From the NCBI GenBank assembly GCA_963668645.2, contig CAXXWC010000021.1:1440001-1504000 (forward strand): a stretch of DNA of 64,000 bases, given 5' to 3'. This DNA is from Desulfobacterales bacterium (GTDB lineage Bacteria; Desulfobacterota; Desulfobacteria; Desulfobacterales; UBA2174). Position 1 is the stretch's first letter, and every line of letters starts with the position of its first letter. Shown here in pieces: positions 10,821-22,196 of the stretch. The notes under the pieces are model-generated. The model was given only the letters and a program-made list of their open reading frames with translations. It searched no databases and was not told the origin of the DNA. Made by a program: the position numbers and the translations under genes.

Positions 10821-11606
10821 TCATATCGTTATCGCGCCCTCCAGATAAAGAGCGGCTTTACCGGAAATCCTGACACGAGTATCGGCATGTTTACAAAATA
10901 ATTCTCCACCCCGTTTCGAGACCTGAAGTGCATGCAGCTCTTTCTTGTTTAGCATCTTTGCCCAGTGAGGTATCAACACACAATGTGCGGATCCTGTTAC
11001 CGGGTCCTCCGGTATGCCTACCTTGGGAGCAAAGAAGCGGGAGACAAAATCGCATCGCCCTCCCCGGGCGGTGATAATTATTCCCCGGCAATCGACTTTC
11101 TCCAATGCGACGAAATCGGGGGTAACGGCCGCAACTGTCTTCTCGCTGTCTAGCACCGCCATCAGATCCTCCGCCGAACCGAAGACTTCAACGGGCGCAA
11201 CCCCCAATGCCTCGCTTAAGCCATCGGGAGCAGGCCGGGTGTGGGTGGGTCGCGCCGGAAAGTCCATTTCAAGGATATCCCCATGCTTTTTTACGGTGAG
11301 CTCTCCGCTTTTGCGCGTTTGAAATTTAATGATATCCCCACTCCAGTTGCGGCAGGCATACTGAACAAAAGCACTTGCCAGGGTCGCATGACCGCAAAGC
11401 GCAACTTCCGTTACCGGGGTGAACCAGCGGAGGTCAAATCCGTGCGCATTCGAAACAAGAAAAGCGGTTTCAGACAAGTTGTTTTCCGCCGCAATGGACT
11501 GCAAGCGGCTGTCATCGATCCATTGCTCCAGTATGCAGACAGCCGCCGGATTTCCGGAAAACACCTCGGATGTAAACGCATCAACCTGGTAGATGGGTAT
11601 CTTCAT
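10821..11606 (-). CDS. PhzF family isomerase/epimerase
   Basis: QVDAFT..GNPAAV, NLSETAF, EVALCGHATLA, EDPVTGSAH; start at MKIPIYQ. Confidence 0.93.
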   Translation of the reverse strand: MKIPIYQVDAFTSEVFSGNPAAVCILEQWIDDSRLQSIAAENNLSETAFLVSNAHGFDLRWFTPVTEVALCGHATLASAFVQYACRNWSGDIIKFQTRKSGELTVKKHGDILEMDFPARPTHTRPAPDGLSEALGVAPVEVFGSAEDLMAVLDSEKTVAAVTPDFVALEKVDCRGIIITARGGRCDFVSRFFAPKVGIPEDPVTGSAHCVLIPHWAKMLNKKELHALQVSKRGGELFCKHADTRVRISGKAALYLEGAITI

Positions 11607-12144
11607 TTGTCCTTTCCCATGCCCGAGATCTATAATTATTTTAAAAAATTCCCTTTTAATTCCCACGAAAAGCAAAGGCCCCTGGAATTCAAACAATCAA
11701 TGGGTCGCCTCATATCCTTTATGTCCTTGACGTTAATTCATATGGTTACGGGCCGGCCATTGCAGCCCACAAGATCAAGTCGAAGCGGATAACCGGTGTC
11801 TATCATTTTCTTTCAAATAAACCTCCAAGCGACGCAAGACCCAGCCCCAGGGATCCGCATATAATGCATGCCGCATTACCGCACCTCTACCCAAGTGTTT
11901 TCATTCAAGATCTCCATACCACCATCAACCGGCAATCTCAATCCTAAAACGGTTGACTGTGCCACTCTTCATGCTGTAATATTAATACCCTTTAGCCCAA
12001 CAGCTCGCCTTCGATGTAGTGAAAACTGGCCCGAATTCCATCGTCGATACAAAGCTGGGGCACCGTCGCCGTTGAGGAGAAGGAATCTGCTTGCAACAGC
12101 GACGCGAACCGGAAACGATAAATCATAACATAGAAAATCGAGAT

Positions 12145-12855
12145 ATGCCCACCAAAGGCTTCAAACAAATACGCCAGAAAAAGGTCAGCGACCAGGTTCT
12201 TGAGCAGATCCGCGACATGATCCGCGCAGGCAATCTCAGTCCAGACGAAAAACTTTTGCCGGAAAGGGACTTGGCCAAGCTTCTCAAGGTGAGCCGCTCA
12301 TCGGTGAGAGAAGCGCTGCTGAAACTCGAAATCATGGGGATGATCGAACTGCGCCACGGCGAAGGGACTTTCATCCGCTCGGTTGCCGAGGAGGAGCTCA
12401 ATCCTTTATTTGAGACCTTTTTGAAAAATCGCGACAGCGTCCTCGATTTGATGGAAATCCGCTCCGTGCTCGAGGCCTGGTCGGCAAAGACGGCCGCGGC
12501 AAGAGCCACGCCGCGGCAGGTATCCCGGTTGCGCCAATGCCTCCAGGAGATGCAACAGGCCAAGCGTTCGAAAATAATCGGATACGAACTGAATCTCGAG
12601 TTTCACCGGCTGATCTCCCTGGCGGCCCACAACACCCTTCTCGTGCATGTCATGAACATCTTCGCGGGCTGGTTTCGGCAGGTCACTGCCGGGGTCTATC
12701 AGAAGATGTACGAAGACTGTGAGTTAAAGGAAATCCTGTTTCAGCAGCACAAAGAGATCGTGGATGCCATCGCAAGCCGTAACGAAGACGCCGCCTATCA
12801 GGCGATGACACGGCATCTTGAGTTTGCGCGCCGCCAGCTCGAGGTCGAAAAATAA
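12145..12855 (+). CDS. GntR/FadR family transcriptional regulator (LldR/LutR-like)
   Basis: LLPERDLA..VSRSSVREAL..RHGEGTF wHTH; FCD domain with FH...H...HL. Confidence 0.93.
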   Translation: MPTKGFKQIRQKKVSDQVLEQIRDMIRAGNLSPDEKLLPERDLAKLLKVSRSSVREALLKLEIMGMIELRHGEGTFIRSVAEEELNPLFETFLKNRDSVLDLMEIRSVLEAWSAKTAAARATPRQVSRLRQCLQEMQQAKRSKIIGYELNLEFHRLISLAAHNTLLVHVMNIFAGWFRQVTAGVYQKMYEDCELKEILFQQHKEIVDAIASRNEDAAYQAMTRHLEFARRQLEVEK

Positions 12856-13202
12856 CCGGACACGCCTTGCACCATAGCACTTATCACCCTGTCCCATCCA
12901 CAAACGACATCTCTTATTTCCCCTGGCGGCGTTCGCACGTTGCAGCCGCCGTGAAATTGCCCCCTGTTCTTTAGGCCCTCTTATCCCATTCGGGCCTTGC
13001 AAGAGTCAGAAATCAGCCAGCCGTGCGTAAACACCGATCCCCCCGGCTTTTACGCAACAATACGACGGCCCGAATGACCATCACTTATAACGCACTGAAA
13101 TAGAAAAGCTTTCGACTTCCCTCCCAAGACAGCACGCCATAAACCCGGAAAGCTGAAATTAAGTATTGACACAGGGGAAAACCTGTGCAACAAAATAGGC
13201 TA

Positions 13203-13215
13203 GAGGTCAGACCTC
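13203..13215. promoter_or_regulatory. Candidate FadR-subfamily operator GAGGTC-A-GACCTC
   Basis: Perfect inverted repeat downstream of TTGACA (13166-13171) in the AT-rich leader of the SSS operon; resembles the GGTCnGACC core of LldR/PdhR-type sites. Confidence 0.55.
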
Positions 13216-13453
13216 AAGCCAAAATCGGATACATGTAAAAATGGCATTTTAACAAGTACTTATACCGTATCAAAGAAAGGCCATTGCACATAGCATAGTT
13301 CATACAACAAAATTTTAAGGAGGATGCTCTCAGAAAGGTTGCCCGGATGCCCCGATATTATTATTATTTAATAATAAATAATATCAATATGTTGTATCGT
13401 AATCGAGGATCTGCAAGGGTATCGTTAATCACTATTTTCAAGGAGGCCGCCAG

Positions 13454-13699
13454 ATGAACGGGTATGCTAAGAAGCGAAATCTAGTCGTAGCGTGTATTTG
13501 TGCATGGCTCATATGTTTTTCCCTGCAGGGAGCCGGCGTTTTGGGTGTCTCGCCCAAGCCGCTGATCTTCGGGATTCCTTCGTCGGTCTGCTACCTGCTG
13601 CTGATGGGGATCTGGGGTGTTGCCAATGCCATCGTCTCCGTAAAGCTGCTGGCCCCCTATTTCTATGAAAAAGCCGAAGCCGTAATGAACCAGGAATAG
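13454..13699 (+). CDS. Small two-TM membrane protein, partner of SSS transporter
   Basis: RBS AAGGAGG; two hydrophobic helices with PLIFGIP; directly before the SSS gene. Confidence 0.7.
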   Translation: MNGYAKKRNLVVACICAWLICFSLQGAGVLGVSPKPLIFGIPSSVCYLLLMGIWGVANAIVSVKLLAPYFYEKAEAVMNQE

Positions 13700-13790
13700 T
13701 CCCACGGCTCGGCATTGGCTGCCGATACCGTGTTGCATGGCGGATCACAACCTTTCGGAAATCATAATCCGAGGCTTAAAGGAGCGCATC

Positions 13791-15251
13791 ATGTCAGGTA
13801 TAGGGTGGTTGGCGATCGTAATCGTAACATATATCATTATTGTTTTGGTGGTGGGCCTGATTGGATATCGCAAGACTGTTTCCACGGCTGAAGATTATTA
13901 TATGGGCGGTCGTGCCCTCGGGACCCTGGTTCTTACGGGCACATCCATTGCCACTTACGCCAGCCTCTGGACATTTCTCGGCGCCGTAGGCGGAAATTAC
14001 CGTATCGGTCTCACCTTTATTTCAATGATGATGATGTGGAACATTCTTTGGCCCCTGCTGACCTGGTTTGTGGGCACCAAGGTATGGCTGCTCGGAAAAA
14101 AATATAAGTATATCACCTATTCAGAACTGGTGAACGACTACTACGGTACCCGATGGCTCGGTATCTTGGCGGCCGCCTTCGGAATTTTGGCGCTCTTGCC
14201 CTATATCGCCGTCCAGTTGATGGGAGGCGGAATCGTCATCGAGACATTTACAGCCGGCAAAGTCTCCTTTGCGGCCGGCGTTTCGGTTACCTTCATCTTC
14301 ATGGTGTTGGTCATTTCCCTGGCCGGTCTGAAGTCCGTTGTGTTGACCGACACGTTACAGGGACTTTTCTTTTTGAGTGTTATGGTAGGGCTGGCCTGGT
14401 ATGCGGTCAAGCTCATCGGCGGGCCCGGGGCGATGTTTGCCGACCTGGCAAAAAACCACGAGGCCATTTTGATCCCCGGCAAGATGGGCATGGGAATATG
14501 GCTGGGCTTCGTGCTGACCTGGGGGCTTTCGGTCTTTTTGCCTCATATGTTCCAGCGGTTGATGATGGCCAAGGATCCCAGGACCATCGGCAGGGCGACC
14601 ATCGCGTCGTCTATCTTCAGCGGCTGGGTTCAGACCCTGCCGGTGTTCATTCTCGGCATTGCCTGTGTGATCCTGATTCCGGGCGTCACCGGTAAAGCCA
14701 CCGACTCGATGACGGTTCTGTTCAGCAACAAGTATCTGTCACCTGCATTCGCCGCCCTGGTCATTGGCGGTGCATTTGCAGCAGGCACTTCGACCCTGAA
14801 CAGCCAACTGTTGACCGCCTCCTCCCTCTTTCTGAGAGATTTGGTCATCAATCCGTTTAACCTTAAACTTTCCCCCTCAAAAGAGACCATGCTCGGACGT
14901 TTGATTGTTGTCGGCATGGGAATCATCGTGCTCATTATCGCGTTGTCCCGGCCCGGACTGATCGTGCCGATCTCGACGGCAGGAACGGCTATCTGCATCT
15001 CAAGTTACCTCTTTCCGGCTATCGGGATCCTTTTTTTGAACAGGGCAAGCAAGACGGCTGCTTATGCCAGCCTGATCTGCGCCGGCACAGCCTCGGTGGT
15101 GACATGGCTGGTGTGGCCGTTTCCTCTGGGCATCTACAATGTGCTTTGGGGCTATCTGATCGGCGGAATCGTATTTTTGATCTGCACGGCGCTGGATAAA
15201 ACCCCTCCGACCAGTATTCAACTAGAAGTGAAACAACTACTGGAGTACTAG
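13791..15251 (+). CDS. Sodium:solute symporter family protein
   Basis: DYYMGGRALG, S..TFLG, TDTLQG, PHMFQR, AAGTSTLNSQL; many TM helices. Confidence 0.92.
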   Translation: MSGIGWLAIVIVTYIIIVLVVGLIGYRKTVSTAEDYYMGGRALGTLVLTGTSIATYASLWTFLGAVGGNYRIGLTFISMMMMWNILWPLLTWFVGTKVWLLGKKYKYITYSELVNDYYGTRWLGILAAAFGILALLPYIAVQLMGGGIVIETFTAGKVSFAAGVSVTFIFMVLVISLAGLKSVVLTDTLQGLFFLSVMVGLAWYAVKLIGGPGAMFADLAKNHEAILIPGKMGMGIWLGFVLTWGLSVFLPHMFQRLMMAKDPRTIGRATIASSIFSGWVQTLPVFILGIACVILIPGVTGKATDSMTVLFSNKYLSPAFAALVIGGAFAAGTSTLNSQLLTASSLFLRDLVINPFNLKLSPSKETMLGRLIVVGMGIIVLIIALSRPGLIVPISTAGTAICISSYLFPAIGILFLNRASKTAAYASLICAGTASVVTWLVWPFPLGIYNVLWGYLIGGIVFLICTALDKTPPTSIQLEVKQLLEY

Positions 15252-15273
15252 CGCCCAAAAAGGAACCGATACG

Positions 15274-15993
15274 ATGGAATACGACATCTTGTTACCCGGC
15301 ATCCCGGTGGCATCGGCCCGCGGCGCACTCGGGTGGTGCACGGTGTCCATTATCCGCAAGGGGGGACGGCGGATTCTCTTTGACACCGGCTCCCACGGAG
15401 ACCGTGGCCTTTTACTTGAGGCCTTGAAAATGCAAGGGCTGACAACGGATCAGATCGACGAGGTATTTGTCTCTCATTTGCATTTCGACCATTTCCTGAA
15501 TGTAGATCTGTTTGAAAAGGCCACCATCTGGGTGCCGAAGCGGGATTTGGGCTATGTTCTGGAAAAAGAGTATCTGACCTGTAGCGACCCCTACGTGCCG
15601 GCCACGATGGTTCGCTGCCTACAGGATCGTCTCTTCGGCTACGAGGATGGGCAACCGATCGTTGCCGGACTCAGGGTCATGGCGCTTCCCGGCCATACGC
15701 CCGGACTTTGTGGACTGCTCGATGAGGAAAGCCGCACCCTCTTTGCCGGCGATGGCGTCAAAAACGGGTGGGAATTTGCTAATGACATTTCACCTCCGGC
15801 CTTTTTCGATGCCCAGAAGGCCGTGGCCAACTACAAACGGGTCTGGCAGGCGGCTGAAACCGTCGTACCCGGTCATGACAGGCCTTTCCGGCTGACAAAA
15901 AAACAAAAAATCGAATACCTGCGCGATGTCAAGGTGGCAATCCGTTTTTGGCCGGGCCCCGAGCAGGAGGAGAAAACGATACCGATCGCCTAA
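15274..15993 (+). CDS. MBL-fold metallo-hydrolase
   Basis: FDTG, SHLHFDH, PGHTPG, AGD, PGHD. Confidence 0.9.
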   Translation: MEYDILLPGIPVASARGALGWCTVSIIRKGGRRILFDTGSHGDRGLLLEALKMQGLTTDQIDEVFVSHLHFDHFLNVDLFEKATIWVPKRDLGYVLEKEYLTCSDPYVPATMVRCLQDRLFGYEDGQPIVAGLRVMALPGHTPGLCGLLDEESRTLFAGDGVKNGWEFANDISPPAFFDAQKAVANYKRVWQAAETVVPGHDRPFRLTKKQKIEYLRDVKVAIRFWPGPEQEEKTIPIA

Positions 15994-16069
15994 ACCGGCG
16001 TTATAAGATCCAGGCCTCGATTTCATTTCTTTATCTGTCATCAGGGGTACCGATCCTCAGGAACAGGAC

Positions 16070-17560
16070 ATGGCCGATACAAAGAGCAGATACGACGTGC
16101 TGATCATCGGCGCCGGGGTCGTGGGCAGCGCCATAGCCCGGGAGCTTTCCCGGTACCGTCTCGACGTGGCGGTGCTGGAAAAGGAGTTGGACGTCTCCAT
16201 GGGAACCAGCTCCCGCAACTCCGGCGTGATCCACTCGGGAATCCACTACAAGCCCGGGACCCTGCGGGCGCGGCTCAATGTCCAGGGCAACGCCATGATG
16301 CAGCCGCTATGCCGCGAACTGAAAGTCAAGATGCGTTACACCGGCAAACTGACGGTGGCCATGGGCGAAAAGGGCGTCGAGACCCTCCACCGGCTCAAGG
16401 CCCAAGGAAAAGCCAACGGGGTCCCGGGACTCGAGATCCTCGACGCGGCCGGCATGCAGCTTAAACAGCCTGGGGTTGGCGGGATCGCCGCTCTCTGGTC
16501 GCCCACCACCGGCATCATCTGCCCCTACGGACTGACCATTGCCCTGGCCGAAAATGCGCTGGCCAACGGTGTCGATTTTTTTCTCGAACGGGAGGTTACC
16601 GGCATCGACCGGGACGAAGGCGGATTTCAGGTAAAAACCGCCTCCGGCGAGCGCTTTTCGTCCAGGGTGCTGATCAATGCCGCCGGGCTTTTTTCCGACC
16701 GGATCTGCAGGATGATAGGAATCGACGAATACCGTATCTACCCCTGCCGCGGCGAATACCTGATCCTGGACAAGCGGCTCGGAGATTGCCTCTCGGTGCT
16801 GGTCTATCCTACCCCCGAACAAAGCGGCAGCGGGCTCGGTATACACCTGACCAGCACGGTGGACGGCAACATCCTCATCGGACCGAGCAACGAGTACGTC
16901 GACGGGCCGGAGGACGTGGCCTGCACGGCGAGCATCCTCGCACTCCTCAAACAGGAGGGGCACGCGCTGCTGCCGGGCATCTCGGCCGCTGATTTCATCC
17001 GCAGCTTTTCAGGGTTGCGGGCCAAGCAAGTGCCGCCGGGTGTTGGGGGGTTCGATGATTTTGTAGTGGAAAAACGGGCCGATGTGCCGGGTTTTATCAA
17101 CACTCTGGGCATCGAAAGCCCCGGGCTGACCTCTTCGCCGGCCATCGCCCTGATGGTGCGCGATTTCGTCTCCGAACTGCTGCCCCTCGATCCCAAGGTC
17201 GACTTCTTGGCTGAACGCCCGGGGCAGGCCGAATCTTTTGCCGACCTCACCTTCGAGCAAAAGGCCGATCTGGTGGCCCAGGACCCGGATTGGGGTGAAA
17301 TCGTCTGCCGTTGCGAGCAGGTCACCCGCAGGGAGGTTATCGACGCCATCCAAAATCCGCTTAGGGTGCGAACCCTGGCGGCGATCAAGTACCGCTCCCG
17401 GGCGATGATGGGCCGGTGCCAGGGCGGGTTCTGCCTGCCGCGCATCACGCGCATCCTGGAACAGGATTTCGGTTACCGGCCGGAGGATTTTCTACTGTTC
17501 AGCCCAGGCGGCCGCCTGTTTCAAGGCCGGGTGCGAAGCGAGGTGCCTATCCATGCATGA
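16070..17560 (+). CDS. FAD-dependent oxidoreductase (GlpA/L2HGDH-like) with C-terminal BFD-like [2Fe-2S] domain
   Basis: GAGVVG, SSRNSGVIHSG, IESPGLTS, CRCE...MGRCQGGFC. Confidence 0.9.
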   Translation: MADTKSRYDVLIIGAGVVGSAIARELSRYRLDVAVLEKELDVSMGTSSRNSGVIHSGIHYKPGTLRARLNVQGNAMMQPLCRELKVKMRYTGKLTVAMGEKGVETLHRLKAQGKANGVPGLEILDAAGMQLKQPGVGGIAALWSPTTGIICPYGLTIALAENALANGVDFFLEREVTGIDRDEGGFQVKTASGERFSSRVLINAAGLFSDRICRMIGIDEYRIYPCRGEYLILDKRLGDCLSVLVYPTPEQSGSGLGIHLTSTVDGNILIGPSNEYVDGPEDVACTASILALLKQEGHALLPGISAADFIRSFSGLRAKQVPPGVGGFDDFVVEKRADVPGFINTLGIESPGLTSSPAIALMVRDFVSELLPLDPKVDFLAERPGQAESFADLTFEQKADLVAQDPDWGEIVCRCEQVTRREVIDAIQNPLRVRTLAAIKYRSRAMMGRCQGGFCLPRITRILEQDFGYRPEDFLLFSPGGRLFQGRVRSEVPIHA

Positions 17561-18794
17561 GATAAAAAAAGACGTGGTGGTGATCGGCGGGGGGCCTGCA
17601 GGGCTGGCGGCGGCCGTGGAAGCCCGCAAAAGTGGATGCCGCAACGTGCTACTGATCGAACGCGATCACCTCCTGGGCGGAATCCTCAACCAGTGCATCC
17701 ACGACGGATTCGGACTGCACCGCTTCGGCGAGGCCCTGACCGGTCCGGAATACGCCCAGCGCTACATAGACGAGTTCAACGCGCTGGGGATCGAAGCCAT
17801 GCTGGGTACCATCGTGCTTTCTCTCGACGGCCGGCGGAGTCTTTACGTGAGTTCCAGGCGGGGGCTGGCACGCATCCAGGCCGGAGCCGTGGTGCTGGCC
17901 ATGGGCTGCCGCGAGCGGACCGCCGGGGCCATCGGTATTCCCGGAACCCGGCCTGCCGGGGTTTACACGGCCGGGGCGGCCCAGAACCTGATCAACCTGC
18001 AAAACGTCATGGTGGGCAGCCGGGCGGTAATCCTCGGCTCCGGCGATATCGGCATGATCATGGCCCGCCGCATGACCCTCGAAGGGGCCCGGGTGGAGGC
18101 CGTTTTCGAGCTGCTTCCCTACGCCAGTGGTCTGGCCCGCAACATCCAGCAGTGTCTCAACGATTTCGACATTCCCCTCTATCTGAACACCACAGTGGTC
18201 GAGGTTCACGGCCGGGAACGGGTGACGGGGGTGACCGTGGCCCGGGTGGATGAAAACAGGCGGCCGGTACCCGGCAGCGAGCGGCTGGTGCCTTGCGACA
18301 CCCTGCTTCTTTCCGTCGGGTTGATTCCGGAAAACGAACTTTCCACCGGCGCCGATGTGGCACTGGCCCCCCGGACCAACGGCGCTCTGGTGGACGAACA
18401 CTGTATGACGAGCATCCCGGGAGTGTTTTCCTGCGGCAACGTGCTCCATGTCCACGATTTGGTCGACCATGTCTCGCAAGAGGCGGCCCGGGCAGGGGTG
18501 TCCGCCGTACGCTACCTTGACGGTGATATCGCGCCGCTTGAAACCGCAGTCTCCATCGCCGCCGGTGAGGGGATCGGTTACGTGCTGCCCCAAAAGACCG
18601 GCGGCCGCGAGGATTTCACCCTGTCGCTGCGCGTCACCGAGCCTTTTGCGGAAAAGGCCGTGTTAATCCGCGACGGAAATCGCAAGGTGGCGCGCAAGAA
18701 GCTGCACCGCCTGCACCCGGCAGAAATGATCCGTATCAAGGTCAAAGCAGAGAAAATTCAAAATGCGTCACGACTGGAGGCGGTGATCGAATGA
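17553..18794 (+). CDS. FAD/NAD(P)-dependent pyridine nucleotide oxidoreductase
   Basis: GGGPAG, GGILNQCIHDGFG, GCRER, GSGDIG, CGNVLHVHDLVD. Confidence 0.9.
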   Translation: MHEIKKDVVVIGGGPAGLAAAVEARKSGCRNVLLIERDHLLGGILNQCIHDGFGLHRFGEALTGPEYAQRYIDEFNALGIEAMLGTIVLSLDGRRSLYVSSRRGLARIQAGAVVLAMGCRERTAGAIGIPGTRPAGVYTAGAAQNLINLQNVMVGSRAVILGSGDIGMIMARRMTLEGARVEAVFELLPYASGLARNIQQCLNDFDIPLYLNTTVVEVHGRERVTGVTVARVDENRRPVPGSERLVPCDTLLLSVGLIPENELSTGADVALAPRTNGALVDEHCMTSIPGVFSCGNVLHVHDLVDHVSQEAARAGVSAVRYLDGDIAPLETAVSIAAGEGIGYVLPQKTGGREDFTLSLRVTEPFAEKAVLIRDGNRKVARKKLHRLHPAEMIRIKVKAEKIQNASRLEAVIE

Positions 18795-19180
18795 AAACCA
18801 GGGAACTTGTCTGCATCCTCTGCCCCAACGGGTGCAGACTGCAGGCCGAGATTCTGCCGGTAGAAAGCCCAGCGGTGGGCGAGGTCACCGGCAACCTCTG
18901 CGAAAAGGGACCCGAGTGGGCCAAGCAGGAGATCCTCCATCCGGTCAGGAGTATCTCCACCAGCGTCCTGGTCAGAGGAGGACTTTATCCGCTGGTCAGC
19001 GTCAAGACCGATACACCCATCGCGCGCGAGAAGATCTTCGACGTGATGAAGGAAATCCGGGCCTTGGTCGTGAATGCGCCGATCCACATGGGCGACGCAC
19101 TCATCCGCAACCCGGCCGGCACGCAGTGCGCCATCGTCGCAACGCGCAGCAATCCACAGTGCATCGGAGGCCGTGATTAA
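18791..19180 (+). CDS. DUF1667 domain protein (Cys-rich small subunit)
   Basis: CILCPNGC...GNLCEKG...VKT; third member of a conserved triad. Confidence 0.88.
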   Translation: MKTRELVCILCPNGCRLQAEILPVESPAVGEVTGNLCEKGPEWAKQEILHPVRSISTSVLVRGGLYPLVSVKTDTPIAREKIFDVMKEIRALVVNAPIHMGDALIRNPAGTQCAIVATRSNPQCIGGRD

Positions 19181-19283
19181 AAGCGCTGCTCGCCCCGGCA
19201 TGATCGGCGCCTTTTCACACCAACGCCTGCTGATCTACCGGCACGCCGGCAACGGTAGGCGGTATCCCGGCGAAGCGATTTTT

Positions 19284-20645
19284 CTATTCACTTCCTGCCG
19301 CTGGCGGCAGGGCCTTCGGCGGGGCGTCAAAACAGCGGTCCTCCCAGTGCATGTACCTCAAGATGGCCCGGATGGCCATATTGCGCAGCGGGCCGGAAGG
19401 CCAGGGGATGGTGCGCCGGTTAACGAAAAATACGTCGGTCAACGCGCTCTTTCTTTCCAGCACAAGATCGCAGATGGTCTTGCCGTTCAAATGGGTGAGA
19501 CTGACGCCGTGCCCGACGCAACCGAGGCTGTAGACCACGTTCTTGTCACCCAAAAAGCCCAGGGCCGGGGCCATATCCAGGGGCACGGAAACCGGCCCAC
19601 CCCACTGATGGGTGAAACGGATGTCTCGCAAGGCCGGGAAAATCTGACGCACATCCGCTTTCAGCCCCTCGAAGGTCGGCGGATCCAGGTCCCGGTCCAT
19701 GTCGGTCCCCGAAGAAAAGGAGACGTCCCGCCCTCCCATGAGAAGCCGGTTGTCGGCGGTCAGTCGGTAGTAGTGAACCAGGTTCCGGGCATCTTCGATC
19801 CCCTGGCGGTTTTGCCAGCCGAATTCGGCGAACGCCTTTTCACCGATAGGCTCGGTGAGCACGATGTGGGTCCAGACCGGTATCTGTTTGCGCCGCAGTT
19901 CGGGGAAAAAATGGGACCAGGCGTTGGTGGCCATGACCACCTTGTCGGCCCGCACCCTTGCACCCGGCGTGGACAGCAGGATCTTTCCGTTGCCGCGGGA
20001 GATCTCCGCCACCGGCGTACTTTCATACAGCGCCACTCCCATGGAAACCAGAACGTCCTTCCAGCTCCAGGCGAGCTTGGCCGGGTTCAGAATGCCGCAA
20101 CGCGGCTCCCACCAAGCCCCGAGATACATGGGGCTGTGCACTTGCCGGTCTAGCCGGTCCTTTTCCAGCCACTCGATGCCCTTTAGCCCCAGCTTGTGGG
20201 CCAGCTCGATCTCATCGAGGATGCGAGCCCGGTATTTTTCCGAAGTCGCCACCCGCAGGAACCCGGAGTGTTCGTAATCGCAGTCCAGATTCAGTTCTGC
20301 CACCAGATCGCGAAGCAGGTCCACAGCCTTTTCCATGTAAAGATGGGCTTCTTTAGCCTTCTTTTTTCCGAAACGGACCGCGGTAATCCCCAAAGTCAAA
20401 CCGAAAAGGGTCATGTTGAAGCCCCCGTTTCGACCGCTGGCTCCAAAACCGATCACCTCGCTCTCCAACAAGGCGATGCGCAGGTCCGGCGCTTCCCTCT
20501 TCAGGTGGAAAGCCGTAGACAGGCCTGTGAACCCGCCCCCGACAACGGCTACGTCCGCCTCGATGTCTCGGGTCAATGGCATTCCGGGTCTGTAGTCCCG
20601 GGTGGAGAGCCAATAGCTTTTCTCCCTGAAGTTTTCCGTTTTCAC
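19284..20645 (-). CDS. FAD-dependent amine/amino-acid oxidoreductase (PuuB/DadA family)
   Basis: [25 protein letters not shown]; probable GTG start at 20645. Confidence 0.88.
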   Translation of the reverse strand: MKTENFREKSYWLSTRDYRPGMPLTRDIEADVAVVGGGFTGLSTAFHLKREAPDLRIALLESEVIGFGASGRNGGFNMTLFGLTLGITAVRFGKKKAKEAHLYMEKAVDLLRDLVAELNLDCDYEHSGFLRVATSEKYRARILDEIELAHKLGLKGIEWLEKDRLDRQVHSPMYLGAWWEPRCGILNPAKLAWSWKDVLVSMGVALYESTPVAEISRGNGKILLSTPGARVRADKVVMATNAWSHFFPELRRKQIPVWTHIVLTEPIGEKAFAEFGWQNRQGIEDARNLVHYYRLTADNRLLMGGRDVSFSSGTDMDRDLDPPTFEGLKADVRQIFPALRDIRFTHQWGGPVSVPLDMAPALGFLGDKNVVYSLGCVGHGVSLTHLNGKTICDLVLERKSALTDVFFVNRRTIPWPSGPLRNMAIRAILRYMHWEDRCFDAPPKALPPAAGSE

Positions 20646-20784
20646 ATCCCCCCCTTTTTTGGATTTGGTCCGGCTGCTTTTTTGTTGGTCGGCCGACTTA
20701 ACACATCCTCTGAATCCCCTTGCCGATCCTCCTTTAATGGAGGGCCACCCGTTCCTGGCAATGCCAGCGGCCGGTCCCTCAGCC

Positions 20785-21357
20785 TTACGGAAGCTCCCCC
20801 ACGAACCGAAACAGAGCCGCCTTGACCTCCTTTTTGGCAAAAACCCCCGGTTCGATCATCCACTGGAGCGAAAACCCTTCGGCCAGGGCCACCACGGCAG
20901 CGCTGACGGCCTCGCTCCGGTCGCCCAGACCGGCATTGACCAGCACCTCCACCAATCTCTGCCGATAGGCACGGAACATGTCGGTCATCACCCGGTGGAG
21001 GGTCTCGCGCTCAAAGGCCATTTGAATCAGGTTGAAAAAAACCCGGTTAAGCGACCGGTTAAAAATCAGCTCATTTACCGCGAAGTCCAGGGCCAATGAA
21101 ACCTCCTCCCGGTCGGATTCTGCACTGACGAGAAGGGCTTCGAGCCTCCGGCTGTAACGATCCACCACCGCCTGGGCCAGATCGGAGATGATGTCTTCCT
21201 TGCTTTTGAAATAGTAGTGAATCACGCCATGGGGAAGGCCTGCCCTGGCAGCAATGGTCTTGATGGTGACCTTTTCGTGCCCCTGTTCGGCCAAGCATTG
21301 GTAAAGAGCCCAGACGATCTCCCCCCGACGCTGGTCCGCGTTGCTTTTTCGTCCCAT
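20785..21357 (-). CDS. TetR/AcrR family regulator (BetI-like)
   Basis: [26 protein letters not shown]. Confidence 0.9.
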   Translation of the reverse strand: MGRKSNADQRRGEIVWALYQCLAEQGHEKVTIKTIAARAGLPHGVIHYYFKSKEDIISDLAQAVVDRYSRRLEALLVSAESDREEVSLALDFAVNELIFNRSLNRVFFNLIQMAFERETLHRVMTDMFRAYRQRLVEVLVNAGLGDRSEAVSAAVVALAEGFSLQWMIEPGVFAKKEVKAALFRFVGELP

Positions 21358-21376
21358 GAAGCACCTTGAATTTTTG

Positions 21377-21396
21377 TAGTTTGGATAACCAACCTA
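21377..21396. promoter_or_regulatory. Candidate TetR auto-operator TAGTTTGG-ATAA-CCAACCTA
   Basis: Imperfect palindrome 20 bp upstream of the tetR start. Confidence 0.4.
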
Positions 21397-21632
21397 ATAA
21401 TATTTATCCGCTGAATGGTCAACTGAATAATTGAGAAGGGCGACTGTTGACAAGCCGGAACCCAAGCGTATACCTTGCCTGCGGTTGTGGCAGAAAACGA
21501 GGCCTTGCATCGGCCCGGAGAGGGCTGCAGGGAACGCGAAAACCGGTTCTGGACTGTCTCGACAGTTTTTTCCAAACTTGACCGTTTTGTCTTTAAATAC
21601 AGGCGACAACCCAAAAATATGGGAGAAAAGAC

Positions 21633-22064
21633 GTGCCGAAGATGGGCAAAGGCAGTTCCCTGACCCCCGGGTTGCTCAATGCGATGGGGAAAAAGTGCCT
21701 TCCTGGATATCTCGGGGTCGTGGTGACCTTGATCGATGGCTCCGGCTTGACCTGCCGCATGGAGGTAAAATCGGAGCTTTTGTCGCCCAACGATTATTTG
21801 CACGCCGGTGCCGTGGTGACCCTGGCCGACACGGCCTGCGGTTACGGTACCATGACCCGGCTGCCGGAAGGGGCCAGAGGATTTACCACCATCGAGCTTA
21901 AGAGCAATTTTACCGGCACGGCCACCACAGGAAGCCTTGTCTGCCATGCCCGGCCCCTGCACATCGGCCGGTTGACCCAACTCTGGGAGGCTACGGTGGC
22001 TGTCGAGAACACCGCCAAGGCCATCGCCCATTTCCGCTGCACCCAGATGATCCTGTTTCCCTGA
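21633..22064 (+). CDS. PaaI family thioesterase (hotdog fold)
   Basis: PNDYLHAGAVVTLADTACGYG, TTIELKSNF. Confidence 0.9.
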   Translation: MPKMGKGSSLTPGLLNAMGKKCLPGYLGVVVTLIDGSGLTCRMEVKSELLSPNDYLHAGAVVTLADTACGYGTMTRLPEGARGFTTIELKSNFTGTATTGSLVCHARPLHIGRLTQLWEATVAVENTAKAIAHFRCTQMILFP

Positions 22065-22196
22065 ACCGGTCACCTGCCCACATACCGCCTGGGCTACCGG
22101 CGACCGGATCTCAGACCCCCTATAGTCGACTGCGTAAACGCTAGCGGCAAAGCCAAAATTACTGATGAGAGAGGCCGGCGCCGAACAGGCTGGGAT

